This document shows positions 22,819 to 35,849 of a stretch of DNA of 64,000 bases, piece after piece; position 1 is the first letter of the stretch; the number at the start of each line of letters is the position of its first letter. The DNA lies in contig OZ336873.1 in NCBI GenBank assembly GCA_965287045.1, forward strand, positions 37,324,001-37,388,000. The letters run 5' to 3'. This stretch comes from Carcharhinus amblyrhynchos. Taxonomy: Eukaryota. The notes beneath the pieces were generated by a model. The model worked only from the letters and a program-made list of their open reading frames with translations. It did not search any database and was not told the DNA's origin. The translations under genes were made by a program, and so were the position numbers.

Positions 22819-24504
22819 CACATGTAGGCCAGAGCAGGTTTTCTTTGGGCCCCAAAAGGATACCAGTGAACCAGACAGGTTTTTACGACAATGGTTTCAT
22901 CATCGTCATTAGACTTTCAATTCCAGATTTTTTTAATTGAATTCAAATTTCACCATCTGGCATGGTGGGATTCAAATCCGCATTCCTAGGCCATTACCCT
23001 GGGTCTCTGGATTACTAGCCCAGTGACAATACCACTACACCATTGCCTCCCCATTGCATGAAGCAGCAATTCGATCTCACCAGCTGATGTATGGACTGCC
23101 TTGGGAAGGTGCTGTGGAAATGCTATGGTGGTGCTTTGATAGATGGGAGACAGAACTAATCAGTTATGCAAACAAGAGACCCATACAAGACATTTATGCT
23201 GGCCATCAGATTTTTCCCTCTCTCGCTGTGTGTTAAGAAACCCCCCCCTAGTAAATCTGGTTTCCTGTCCAAATCACAAACTGCATTAAGCATTTTTTTT
23301 CCACATCTACTTCCTCTCTGCCTTTAATCATGAAAATAGATATAATTATTATTGCTGGTCGAGCCTGTGGGCATGCTCCACAACTGACAATTAGCTTTGA
23401 GATGGCAATCTATAAATGTTGTGCAGTAAGATGATTCTCTGTGCTTCCACCGGTTTATCTAATAAAGAAAAATAATGCTCTATTTGGAATCAACAACATT
23501 ATCCAAACACTATAATATCATCTGGAAGTCATTTGTAGGTCCTGATGATCTATCACAAGTGTGTGTGAAAAATACGCACCCAGCGTTTATGAGATTTCCA
23601 CAACGATGGCCGCCATCTGTGCAAACCCACAAGCTCACCGAACATCTCCCTGGCAAATGGTCGCAAGCCTTCTAGGCCCAGGGAAAACACTGCTGGAATG
23701 CGGGGCTATTTATTGTTTATAAAAATAAACCATCTGGACAAAGGCATACAGAGAAATCATATTGAACAGCTGAGAAAGCAAGCTTCTGAATTTATCACTG
23801 CCTATCTATGATGCAATCAGACCACACTGACAGACAAAAAAACCTTGAATTCCTTTCTACTCTGTTGCCCTGTTCCTAAAAATGTATTCTTGTAAACAAG
23901 TCGATCGAGTGCTCTGTGGGTGGCTAACAATTGCAGATTTTAATACTTGATTTGTTATACTAATAGTAATAGGCAAATTAGCAAACATAATCTGTGATTC
24001 TCATTTTCCATCGTCTGTTTTTTTTCCCGTCAGGATTACCATGTAAAATTAACAGCCAATTGCCAATCATTCTGAACTCAGTTCTCATTAGTAAAGAAAT
24101 CGCCAACGTGAGTTGCCCCCTCAGCTTTCACCTGTAACTGCAGGTAAAATGCAGCAGTTATTTTGTGTTGCTGTGGGTGACTGGAGTGGGTGGGAAAGTC
24201 CCAGGAGCTTCTGTATGCAGCATTTTCCGTTTGATATTTGGTCCGAGTGTGGACATGAGCAGCAGACTTTTGGACAAGCTAATATTTGTGGAGGGCAGAA
24301 TGTGGAAGACCAGCCAACAGTGTGTTGGAGTAGTCAGGTCCAGAGGCAATAAAGGCATGGATGAGGAGTTCAGCTGTAGGTAAAGTGAGGCAGGGGTTAG
24401 TCAGGCAAAGTTATGCACTGGGAGAGGGCGGTCTTACTGCTCTGTGAATACGTCATCAGAAACTCATCTTGCAGCCAAATACAACAATAGGGTTTCAAAC
24501 ATTT

Positions 24505-24787
24505 AAAGTTTTTAAAATTTATATATTGTCACAGTTAGGCTTACATTAACACTGCAATGAAGTTACTGTGAAAATCCCCTAGTCACCACGCTCTGGTGCC
24601 TGTTTGGGTACACTAAGGGAGAATTTAACACGGCCAATGCACCAACATGCCTTTCAGTACGCGAGAGAAACCAGAGGAAACCCACACAACCACAGGGAAA
24701 ATGTGCAGTGACCCAAGCCGGGAATCAAACACGGGTCCCTGGCGCTGTGAGGCGGCAGTGCTAACCACTGTGCCTCCGTGCAGCCCC
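24505..24787 (-). mobile_element. V-SINE, tail type B
   Basis: Family match. Confidence 0.85.
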
Positions 24788-26049
24788 AATCTCTGCAGAA
24801 AATATGAATATTATTGCACTTTCCTGCTCTGACAAATTGAAATGCTTAGTAATGTTTCTTTCAGATATGTTATGAATAAAGTATATTTTTGCAATAAAAA
24901 AAGCAGTCTGGTTCAGCCTCAGCCAGTTGCCAATGGAAAAGGCAAAGTTGGAAGTTAAGGAATGGAGTCTCTGTCAGGAGAACAGAAAACTTGGATTTGA
25001 TCTTCCCTGCAGCACTTAGCACTGGCAAATGTCCCATTCTATGTGCAACTTTGTTAGAGAGTTGGCTTGCAAGATTAACTAGAATCACGGAGACCTTTTT
25101 TCCCAATCACTCCTCTAGGTACCAGCCAGGCTGGTTGATCAGTCATTAACTCTGGAATGTGTAAACTGCCTGACTCGGATAACTGGATTCCCAAGAGATT
25201 TAACTGCAACTTTCCTCATCAACCACTGGATTCTCCTACAGCTTAAGAAGGATAGTCACAAACAGGTCATTGGACAATTGAGAAGGCCTGGAAGGTGTCA
25301 GGAGTTCCTCATGCACAGCACACAATAAATAGCAAAATTCATCGTAGAAATAAATAAAATAGGAACGGGAGTAGACCATTCAGCCCTTCGAGCATGCTTC
25401 ACCATTCATTATCATTGTGACTGATCATCCAACTCAATAGCCTAATCCTGTAATCCCCCCTGCATTAAAATGTGTTCTGATAGCAACATAGAGGTTTACC
25501 ATACCACAGAATAGTCTGAACATATGAAGTGGAGAATCTTAGCGGGTCTCTCATGATAACCATTAGGCCCAGAATATCTGGGTACTGTCCTTATGCCCAA
25601 CCTGCAGCATTTTCTTTCTACACTTATTTTTCCAAGTTTGTCAATTTCTCTCTACAATGGCCATTTGCCTTAATTTGAAGGTCTTACGCAAGGCATTATG
25701 TGCCATGCTAGCCATCATTATGTTCTATATCCCAGGCCAATACCAAGCTTGCTAACAACCAACTGTATAGGAATTCTCTCATTGGTCAACCCAATGTTCT
25801 TCTTTCAGTCATCACCACTTAAATACCGATTAATTAGCTATATATCTTAGGTTTTTGTTGTGGCAATTGACTAGTCTTATTTTTTTTCTCCAACGACAAC
25901 AGTGCCCGCACTACGGAATTTGATATAAAACGCTTTGAAATTTTTAGGGCAGTTTATGATAGAAGTCCTCTTTCTTCTGTCATGTAACATGCATTTGCTT
26001 TGCATTTCTGGGGACTAAGATTGGAGTTTAAACAGAGATTAAATGGAAA

Positions 26050-26430
26050 GAAAGACTTCTATAATGTTTTCACAGCCACCAGATGTCTTAAGGCACATTG
26101 CAGCCAGCTGAGTACATTTTGAAGTGTAGGCACTGTTGTAATGTAGAAATGTAGCAGCCAATTTACACACAACAAGCTCCCACAACAGCAATGGAATGAT
26201 AATGCATTTTAGTGATGTTGACTAAGGGAGGGCTAACTCTCCAGCTCTTCATCAAGGGACCTTTTACACCCATGTGAGCAGGCAATTGTCTCACTCAAAA
26301 GACAACCCCACTAACACTGCCGTAGTCCCTCAGTACTGGAGTGACAGCCTCAATTTTTGTGCTCAAGTGCTAGACTGAGACTTGAAGCTGGAGACTTAGA
26401 GGTGAGAGTGCCAGCAACTGAGCTGAACCA
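26050..26430 (-). mobile_element. DeuSINE-like copy
   Basis: Reverse complement of the Deu domain: ttttgaagtgtag...gcagccaatttacacacaacaagctcccaca...tccctcagtactg. Confidence 0.7.
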
Positions 26431-27389
26431 CTACTACCAATGTGCTGCTTTGCGTGCGCCTGATGTTGTTTTACTGGAGATATCTTAAGGCTGTAATGCT
26501 CCATCTTTTCGCCCAATACATAATATGGAATTGGAAGGACATGTTCTGAGACTTGGAGCAAGACACTTCGGAGAAAATTGTTTTGAATTATTTTCTTTTC
26601 AAAATGTCATACTTATTCAAAGTTGGTCAATACTTTTTTGGCATTCTTAGAATTGTACCCAGGGCTAGCTATCCTGGGCAGTTTCCATACTGATAAATGT
26701 TTTGCTGTTCTTTATGACACTACAGGATTACAAACTTAATCTGATTATGTCAACACTAAACAATGTCATTGTGCCAGGTTATTGACAATTGTCTATTTTG
26801 TTATGTGGGAACTATAAAAAGACGGGGTTTTAAAAGGTTTCAAGTGCCGTATAAATGCTGCTTAATGGAACGCAGCTACTTGTAACACATTTCAGGCAGC
26901 AGGAGACTAGCATGTTCATCCAATTAAACTTTTCTTTCCTGTGAAACATCATTTTTTCCTTCTTACATTTTATCAACAACAATTTGCAATTATATAGCAT
27001 ATTTAACAAAGGGGCAAAAAAAATCCAGAGGCATTTCACATGGTCAGGCAAAACTGGATACTAAGCTCATCAAGCAGAAGGAATTGCCAGAAGCTTGGTT
27101 AAAGAGGCTTTCGGGTAGGTGAGGAGCTGGGGGTGGGGGGTGGCGGGGGGTTAGGATTTATAGAAAAAAGCTCACAGCCTGGGGCCTAAATGACTGAAGG
27201 CACAGCCACACATGGTGGGCCAATCGAGCAAGGGGTGTGGGGATGAGCATATTTGCGTGAATATCTTCAAATGCCAGGAATCTATTCTTAATCATTCAAA
27301 GTTTCCTTTTCAATCACCCTCACTAGCAGTTTGTTTTACTCACTGATTAGCCTTTTGCTAAAAGACAAAAAAATGACTGACCGATTTAC

Positions 27390-27528
27390 CTTATTTACTT
27401 TTCCTAATTCTGAATTAGAGTCTTCTGCATACACCAACAGTAATGATGTATTGAAACAGCCCAAGGAGCACAATGTATTAACTGTCCTGATGAAAGAGCC
27501 ATACAGGAACAGGTCCTCTCCTAGAGCC
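27390..27528 (-). other. Candidate exon (139 nt) of an unidentified transcript
   Basis: Acceptor ttgttctttacag|G and donor AAG|gtaaat; one open frame, ALGEDLFLYGSFIRTVNTLCSLGCFNTSLLLVYAEDSNSELGKVNK; no recognised homolog. Confidence 0.2.
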
Positions 27529-27784
27529 CTGTAAAGAACAATGCCCCAGGTTGCCATATGGTCTATCAGCAGATCAAAGCACAAAGACCAGAGCTTTCCA
27601 ATTCCCAAACTATTTTCCAATGTGACCCAATTTTAACGCTTGAAAATTAATGTGACCCCAGAAAAAACAAAACAGCATTAAAGCAGCTTAGTAACTTTGA
27701 TTAAAGTTTGATTAATCGTTTGCGTTTTAGAGATTAACATAAAGTAAATCATATAAACATGAGAATCTATGGGGGGAGGTGGGC

Positions 27785-27970
27785 GTGGGTGGGATTTTTT
27801 GTCCCCCCCCGCCCCACCCACTTTCGAACAGCAAGTCTTGTGCGGTGGGAGGCAACACGTCATCTGCCAGGGGTGGGATCTTCTGGCTCTGTCGGAAACC
27901 TGTGGCGGGGGTGCACCACTGGGGGGATCAAAAGATCCTGCAGCCATGAACAGCCGGAGAATAGCAACCT
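27785..27970. mobile_element. MITE-like GC-rich element
   Basis: gggtgggatttttgtcc ... ccggagaatagcaacc, resembling the GGGC-TIR family. Confidence 0.5.
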
Positions 27971-28015
27971 AAGTTTTGAGGTACTTGTAAAAATGTTATT
28001 CTATGTACCCATATA

Positions 28016-28302
28016 AAGTGTATTTATTAGCATTTCAAGTAGGCTTATATTCAAACTGTAATGAAGTCACTGTGAAAATCCCCTAATCGCTACATTCCGG
28101 CTCCTGCTCGGGTACACTGAGAGAGAATTTAGCATGGCTAATGCATCTAACCAGTACATCTCTCAGAATGTGGAAGGAAATGGGTACTGGAGCACCCAGA
28201 GGAAACCCACGGGGAGATTGTCCAAATTCCGCACAGACAGTGATCCAAGCCGGATCCCTGGAGCTGTGAGCCAGCAGTGTTAACCACTGTACCACCATGC
28301 CA
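28016..28302 (-). mobile_element. V-SINE, tail type B
   Basis: Family match. Confidence 0.85.
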
Positions 28303-28859
28303 CACATGTAGGTTTTAGTCACGCTCTCCATATTGCTCAGTGACAAAAAGTTCAATGAATGCCCGCCAACCACCTCCCACATCCCCAACCTCCACCCCAC
28401 AGGCACAATAATTGGCTGTCCTCCCTCCACACAGGCACTGCAGGAATTCTGTGATTTCCTGGGCATGGTTGCACTGTGGTTACGGAATATCTCCTTATTA
28501 ATATGACAGGTCCCGCAGAAGTCAATTTCATCTTGCATCACTGGGAAACCTGCCAGCCTAGCAAATCCTTTATTGGCAAATAAGAAAATATGAGAACCTG
28601 AGTTTAATTTTAAAAATCTAGTAATAAGAAGCTGGTGTGTGAGAGCGACCACAAAGATTTCTGAATGTTATAAAAACACAACTGGCACACTTATTTGCTT
28701 TAGGGAAGGAAACTTACTGTCCTCACCAATCACCACGGACCAGAATCTGAAATGCATTAGTCACAAAAATGCCATGGCTGGTGGAGCAGGTCAAAGGAGG
28801 AGATCGTAGGCTGGATATGTCTGCAATGATTGGTTCCCTCCTTTCTAGTGTCGACAAAG

Positions 28860-29295
28860 CCCAAGTAAGAGTGTGATGGAATAATTCTCACTTCCAGATG
28901 TGTTAAAATCCAACACCCACCAAGAAGCTCAATACTATTCAGGTCAAAGCAATCCATTGGAATGGCTTAAACAGCCACTTCCTCCACCATTGGTGAAGCT
29001 GGTTGCAGTATGTGCTTTCTACAGGATGCATTGCAGTAAATCACCAAGGCATCTCCAGCAGTATGTTCCAATTCCCTGACCTCCATCACCAAGAAAGAGA
29101 TGGACATCAGGTCCATGAGTGCAAATTCCCCTTTACGTCACACGTCATCCTGAGTTGGATATATTGCTGTTCCTTCATTGTCACTAGATCATGAGTTGAA
29201 GCAGTTCAGGAAAGGCCTATTGCTATCTTCTGAAGGGCAACTAAGGATGGGGGATAAATATTAACTTTGTCAGTGTCGCTCATATTCTGAAAACA
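28860..29295 (+). mobile_element. Zenon-like CR1-group LINE 3' end
   Basis: Similar to 17555-18000 (caagtaagagtgtgatggaataattctcactt...gggcaactaaggatggg). Confidence 0.65.
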
Positions 29296-29479
29296 AACAA
29301 AATACATTTGACTGATACATGACTTTAGTCTCATACCAACCTGATTAACTCTTAACTGCCCTCTGATCAAACCTAGCATTGCCTCTCAGTTGTATCAAAC
29401 TGCATTTGGACAACCAGCAATGGCTAATAAATGCCAGACTTGTGAGTGACATCCAGCTTTAAACATTAATAGGAGACAT

Positions 29480-29810
29480 TTAAAATACCAAGATTATTTC
29501 CACTTGAGCATGGAAGGCGAGAGGGGATTTATTGTGGGTTTTTAAAATTATGTCAAACTTTATTAGGGTTGATAGGAAGCAACTGTTTCCCCTGGTTGAG
29601 GAGTCAGTGATGAAAGGCTATCAATTTAAAAGTATCTCAGGGAACAAGGAGAGAGAAAAAGAGAAATTTATGTCGACATTCCTTTGTTACAGGAATAGTT
29701 GAGGCAGTGACTCTTCCACCTTTTGAAGAAGAGGTGGATAAAATGTAGAGGTCAGGATGATACGGGACTGTGGAGACAGCAGGGTGGGGAAATTTGTTTT
29801 GGATTGCTAC
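29480..29810 (+). mobile_element. Highly decayed CR1 3' fragment
   Basis: gaaggcgagaggggatttattgtgggttttaaaattatg...ctgtttcccctgg. Confidence 0.5.
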
Positions 29811-29819
29811 AGATTATTT

Positions 29820-30125
29820 TGTTTTTATTTATTCGTATCACAATTAGGCTAACATTAACACTGCAATGACATTACTGTGAAAATCCCCTAGTCACCACAC
29901 TCCGGTGCCTGTTCAGGTACACTGAGGGAGAATTTAGCATGGGCAATGCACCTAACCAGCTCGTCTTTCGGATTGTGGGAGAAACCAAAGCACCTGGAGG
30001 AAACCCACGCAGACGTGGGGAGAACGTACAGACTGTACATAGACAGTGACCCAAACCGGGAATTGAACTCAGGTCTCTGGCTCTGTGAGGCAGCTGTGCT
30101 AACCACTGTGCTACCACGCTGCCCT
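29820..30125 (-). mobile_element. V-SINE, tail type B
   Basis: Family match; explains ORFs 29872-30163. Confidence 0.9.
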
Positions 30126-32189
30126 TGTGCCACCCTGCCATGCTGCATAAAAACCTGGAACAAACGGGCTCCTTCCCATGCTGTAAATTTCTATGGTTTC
30201 ATCGAGGGCTACTGCATATTACGGTAACCAATTAATTGAATCTAGACAAATACATAACTGGGCTTTCTGCAGTCCATTATCAAAATTCTTTCTCATAATG
30301 AGTTGCTTGTTACTGCGCTGTTAATATTGCTGCATCATTGAAGGTCCAGTTCGAGGAAATGGTACAGTTCAATTATTGATTCTATTGTGAAACATAATGT
30401 CCTCACACATTGTTCCCTCATGCTGGTAAAATGGGTGTATTGCTGTTGGGTGATGCCTTTCGTCGTATATGATCCTCACTGTTGTCCTCCTCCTCCTATC
30501 GCTTTGGGCCTCACTCACTTTCTTCTGCTGATTATCCTCTTCCTCAGCATCCTGCTCTCTTCCCTCCCTAAGTGAGATTTGTTGGGTAGACTGAAATGGA
30601 TATCAGTCTTTACAACATCACTTGCGCACCATGATGAGCCTCAATTTCTTCAACACTGTATTCATAGTGAATATCATTACATATCGTGGCATACAAAGTC
30701 ATTGTATTGGTCTTTATTTGATTCTAAGAAAGTTCCTTAAAAGTAAAAATAATTAATGGAGGATCATGTGTTATTGTGTCTTAACTTGATTGAGGGATTT
30801 TGTGAGTCTGGATTAAATGTGCTATATTAATTTGAAGTCACAAATGACTATGCATCAACACACTTACTATGTGCAAGCCTGGTTGTTTCAGAGTATTTAT
30901 TTCTCTTACCCTGCCATTTAGAATCTTCCAAGATTTTAAAAGAAAAATATGCGACTCCCAAAGCAGAGTCATTTTATTATGTGAATGGAATTTTGGTTTT
31001 CTAAAAGACACTCAAGCCACAATATACTCAATCGTACCAAGTAAATGGTGGCCATTGAAATGGGTGTGGAGGTTTTTCAATTGATACTTTAAAGCATATA
31101 TTAGTTTCCCAATGGAAGACAAGTCCTTGGGTCATTAACATAACTAAAGGAAAATGCAAGCCCTAATTCTATTTTCCTGTGCTAATCATCTGAGGCCCAT
31201 TATGTATCCTGCAATTTTACAGTGTCTGCTGACACATACCCTTGGGCAAAGAGACATTATTTCACGAAACTGCAGTATTTAAAAGAAGCTTAAAAAGAAA
31301 CCTAATTTCACCGCATTTTGTCTGCATCGCATCAAGTTACAAATTTTTCCTTTCTTTTGGAGAAGCCAGATTACTATATTGTAAGCTTTGTTAAGTGACG
31401 AAGCTCTGGTTTGTGCCGAGACTTAACATATTTATGTTAGCAGGAAGTTACAACAATAAAAACGCCATATGGCTATTTGGAATCCCAGACAATAAAACCT
31501 CACTGAACTTAAAGTAAGACTACAATCTCATACCAACCTGAGCTTCAGCACACAATTGGCATGGCCATATTTTCAGTAAATAGCTTTGTGGTTCTTCATC
31601 CAAACCAGCAGCTTCCAGGCTTCTCTTCATTTCCTACAATTAAATACTTTGAGTGGTGTGACAATATTCCATCAATAATTACAACAAAGTATTTTAATAG
31701 CGCAATTAAAAAAATCCTACTGATTTAATCACAAGAGATGCCATTGCTTAGATAAAGTAGTTTAATGTTTCACAGCAGTCATGTATGATTGGTAAAGAGG
31801 GAACACCAGTGAGAAATCAGGATTTGATCAGGAGGGCAGAACGTAGTCAAAAATAGTCATTAATAATAAAAAAAAGAATTCTCCAGTTAACAAAATATAC
31901 ACAGAGCTCCAACACAAATGCAAAGTACTGCAAAACATACTACAGGACACAGTTGGAGCATAATTGTTTTCAGTTTTTAACTGAACCCATTTAAATTATA
32001 TTTACAGAAACCAGCCAAGATTTTTTGCTGCATTCTGCTGACTTTGAATTAGCAATTGGACAGCCAAGTAAATTAAATGTGTTGCAACAAGGTGAGAAAG
32101 GGTGAACTGATTCTTCTCAATCCAACCTTCTTAGGTCGTCACAACAAAGTTTTAAGTTTCTCTTTAGGAGGATACGCCTTTTCCAAATC

Positions 32190-32480
32190 ATGGTTCGCAC
32201 TGCTACCCCACAGTGCCAGGGACCCAGGTTCGATTCCCGGCTTGGGTCACTGTCTGTGCGGAGTCTGCACCTTCTCCCCATGTCTGCATGGGTTTCCTGT
32301 GGGTGCTCCAGTTTCCTCCCACAGTCCGAAAGATGTGCTGGTTAGGTGGATTAGCCATGCTAAAATATTCCCTCAATGTACCTGAACAAGCACCGGAGCA
32401 TGGCAATTAGGGGATTTTCACAGTGACTTATTGTTAATGTAAGCCTACTTGTGACACAAATAAATAAACTTAAACTTAAA
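32190..32480 (+). mobile_element. V-SINE, tail type B
   Basis: Family match. Confidence 0.88.
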
Positions 32481-32713
32481 TCAGAATGTATTTAACTGTT
32501 GGTGAAGTGAGCAATAAGGAACCAATCAAGCCAGGTTTTCTTGAGCTGAAGGAAATGCAAATTTATTCACCACCAAATCCGAGAATAATAATATAAACAC
32601 AACGTCAAGCATTCGGCCCTCATGCAATCATTTGGGCCCAAACACACACAGGCTTGAATATTTTGAATGGATTTTGAATGGCGGAGTTGGCTTTTCTGGC
32701 ATCTGAAGTGTTG

Positions 32714-32861
32714 ATGTGGGTATGCCGGCGTTGGACTGGCGTAAACACAGTAAAAAGTCTGACAACACCAGGTTTTAGTCCAACCTATTTATTTGATAAT
32801 ATACTCGCAAGCTTTCGAGGGGTTACCCTCTTCGTCAGGTGAATGGAGAGTTCTGAATTTA
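32714..32861 (-). mobile_element. 148-bp Penelope-derived insertion with 13-bp TSD
   Basis: Reverse complement of the PLE 3' end including the tail (...gcatacccacatca); TSD atctgaagtgttg at 32701-32713 and 32862-32874. Confidence 0.88.
32803..32844 (-). ncRNA. Minimal type-I hammerhead ribozyme motif
   Basis: Reverse complement reads ATTCAC-CTGACGA-A-GAGGG-TAAC-CCCTC-GAAA-GC-TT-GCGAGT. Confidence 0.75.
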
Positions 32862-33039
32862 ATCTGAAGTGTTGTCAGGGAACATTTCCCCGTTGACTGT
32901 GATTGCCTGCAGCAAGTTCACACTCGAACGAACGTCAGTTTGCTGCAGACAGCGTGCTCACCACACCCCTCCCCACCACTCACACCTGCACTGACTGGCC
33001 GGCAGCTATTCAATTCCTGCAGTGGCAGGAGCTGCAGTG

Positions 33040-33092
33040 GTCAGAAGAGGAAACGCTTCAACATGTCAGAGTCAGAAGAGGAAACGCTTCAA
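33040..33092. repeat. Direct duplication of 22 bp (31-bp period)
   Basis: gtcagaagaggaaacgcttcaa occurs twice. Confidence 0.85.
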
Positions 33093-33632
33093 GGTGCCAG
33101 TGGCTTAGTCCCAGAAATAGGTGGCAAAGTAGGCTTGGGAGGTGGAAAGTGAGTGTTGGGGAGAATCTGGCAGTGGGGAGGGTTTCCCAGATGCCAAGTA
33201 AATCCTCCTGCCAGCCTAAAAATTAAGACTGGGTGGGAAAAGGCCCAGGGCTTTAATTGGGGCAGGAGCAGGCATGCTATCAAAGACCCTGTCTGCCCCA
33301 GCATAAAATCGTTGTGAGGCTGGGGTGGCCAAGAGCCTGGAGGAAACCTGTTCCTTTAATTTCATTCCCCCACCACCCAACACACACACTTATCAGAAAT
33401 AAGGGGAATTAGAGTCCAATAAAAAAGGTTAAATGTCCTTTGATGGTCCTTGAAGCATAGGTTTTAAACATTGCAGCTGATTTGGGTTAGCTGGTTTCTT
33501 GGAAGCAGTCAGATGTAGAAGATATCACAAGATTGCATCCGTTGGTAGGTTTCTGATGGATTGACTAAGAGAGTGAGAGAGAGAGAAGGAGCAAGCAACC
33601 TTCAGCTTGTTTCCCCTGCTGAAGGCTTTCTG

Positions 33633-33764
33633 ATATAGAGATGCCAGCGTTGGACTGGGGTAAACACAATAAGAAGTCTCACAACACCAGGTTCGAGTCC
33701 AACCAGTTTATTGGATAGTAATCCCACAAGCTTTCGGAAATGGTGTTCCTTCGTCAGGTGCGTG
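33633..33764 (-). mobile_element. 132-bp Penelope-derived insertion with 12-bp TSD
   Basis: Reverse complement of the PLE 3' end; TSD gaaggctttctg at 33621-33632 and 33765-33776. Confidence 0.88.
33723..33762 (-). ncRNA. Minimal type-I hammerhead ribozyme motif
   Basis: Reverse complement reads CGCAC-CTGACGA-A-GGAA-CACCAT-TTCC-GAAA-GC-TT-GTGGG. Confidence 0.75.
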
Positions 33765-34094
33765 GAAGGCTTTCTGGACACTGCCTGTATACTTGCAATC
33801 ACTCTCTAGTGGCTGGGCATCCTTACCTTTAAATACTTCACCCATTGTATATTTCCAGACAGTTTTAGGTGATCTGTGGCAGCCATTGTTTCAATATTCA
33901 GTACTTCGCATTGTTTAATGTTGCTTTCTGAGACAGAGTTTCGATGGGTGTAAGGCTTATAGGAAAAGTTTCTCTCTTCACACTCCCCCGAGGGTGATTT
34001 GTTGGTTTCTCACCTGCACCTTGAAAGACAAGCTTGCATTTTTAAGCCATTTGCTCTCTGTTTCAGTTCAAATTACAAGCTTTCCAGTCAGATC

Positions 34095-34412
34095 ACAGAA
34101 TCATAGGATTTCTGCAGTGCAGAAAGAAGCCATTTGGCCCAATGCATCTGCAACGACAACAATCCCACCCAGATCTTATTCCCATAACCCCATGTATTTA
34201 CCCTCTGATGCTAAGAGGCAATTTAGCATGTCCAATCCTCCTAACCCTCATACCTTTTGACTATGGGAGAAAACGGGAGCACTCTGAGGAAACCCATACA
34301 GTCACAGGGAGAATGTGCAAAACTCCACACAGACAGTCACCCAAGGCTGGAATTGATCCCAGGTCCCTGGCACTGTGAGGCAGCAGTGCTAACCACTGTG
34401 TCACCATGCCAT
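34095..34412 (-). mobile_element. HE1-like V-SINE (tail type A)
   Basis: agaatcatagg...cagtgcagaaagaagccatttggccc through ...gcagtgctaaccactgtg. Confidence 0.85.
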
Positions 34413-34461
34413 CCTGAAGTCTGAAAGTTGAAAAACTGTATTTTGAAAACTAAAGGGGCAT

Positions 34462-35600
34462 TGCCTCATTTGACAAGGTGCTGTATAGGAGACTGTTAAA
34501 TAATTTAAGTGCCCATGGTGTTAAGGATAAGATTCTGGCATGGAAAGAGGATTGGTTGACTGGCAGAAGGCAGAGAGGGGTCTTTTTCAAGATGGTAACT
34601 GGTGACTAGTGATGTGCCTCAGCGGTCAGTGCTGAAATCACAACTTTTCACAATATACATTAACAATTTGGAGGAAGGAACTGAAGGCACTGTTGCTAAG
34701 TTTGCAGATGTTACAAACAGATAATGAGGAAGCAGGGAGGTGTAGAAGGACTTGGACAGGTTAGGAAAGTGGGCAAAGAAGTGGCAGATGGAATGCAATG
34801 TGGAAAAGTGTGAGGTAATGCACTTTGGCAGGAGGAATGGAGGCAAAGACTGTTTTCTAAATGGGAAAATGCTTCGGAAATCAGAAACACAAAGAAACTT
34901 AGGAGTCATTGTTCAAGATTCTCTTAAGGTTAACATGCAGGTTCATTCGGCAGTTAGGAAGGCAAATGCAATGTTAGCAGTCAAGTCGAGAGGGCTAGAA
35001 TACAAGAGTAGGGATGTACTTCTGAGGCTTTAGTCAGATCCCATTTGGAGTATTGTGAGCAGTTTTGGACTGCATATCTAAGGAAGGATGTGCTGGCCTT
35101 AGAAGGGATCCAGAGGAGGTTCACAAGAATGATCCTTGGAATGAAGGGCTTGTCAATATGAAGAATGGTTGAGGACTCTAGGTCTGTACTCGTTGGAATT
35201 TAGAAGGATGAGGAGGGTATCTTATTGAAACTTACAGGATACTGCAAGGCCTGGATAGAGCGGATGTGGAGAGGATGTTTCCACTAGTAGGAAAAACTAA
35301 AACCAGAGGGCACAACCTCAGGCTAAAGAGATGATCCTTTAAAACAGAAATGAGGAGGAATTCCTTCAGCCAGAGAGTGGTGAATCTGTGGAATCCTTTG
35401 CCACAGAAGGCTGTGGAAAACCAGGTCATTGAGTGTCTTTAAGACCGAGATAGGTAAGTTCTTGATTAATAAGGGGATCGGGAGTTATGGGCAGGAGAAT
35501 GGGGATGAGAAAAAAAATCAGTCATGATTGAATGGTGGAGTAGACTTGATGGTCTGAGTGGCCTCATTCTGCTCCTATATCTTGTGGTCTTATGGTCTTA
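34462..35600 (+). mobile_element. CR1 LINE, 5'-truncated and decayed RT plus 3' end
   Basis: FDKV, KFADVT, ORF 34752-35033 (DRLGKWAKKWQMECNVEKCEVMHFGR); tail ggtcttatggtctta. Confidence 0.92.
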
Positions 35601-35849
35601 TTAGAAATTGTAATGAAATGGTGATGCAATTTACCCATTTGGTCTAGTTTTTAGTCAATTTATACTGAGTCTTAATCATGTCAGTATTAATGGCATCCAG
35701 GGTGGTGATGCACTATGCCAAAGAAGAAATGCACCAAAAGCAACAAGTTTATTCCAGTTAAGACTTAGTTATGATGTTAAGATTTTTTGTAGTTGTTTCT
35801 CGGTTTGCAGTTTCATTCATAAAAACATGCAAACACAGAAACACACAAA

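Larger units (their letters stand above)
22505..23053 (-). mobile_element. tRNA-derived SINE family C (tail shared with the Zenon-like LINE), interrupted by a mini-PLE
   Basis: Reverse-complement head gggaggcaatggtgtagtggtattgtcactggg...ggatttgaatcccacc; tail gggcaattagggatggtcaataaatg...gaatgaat. Confidence 0.75.

Noticed and set aside
24034-24107. Plus-strand 74-nt exon candidate
   Set aside because: The splice signals are good, but the peptide is unrecognised and such pairs arise by chance on both strands
28083-28652. 189-aa ORF
   Set aside because: It reads through a SINE and other repeat fragments and has no domain signal
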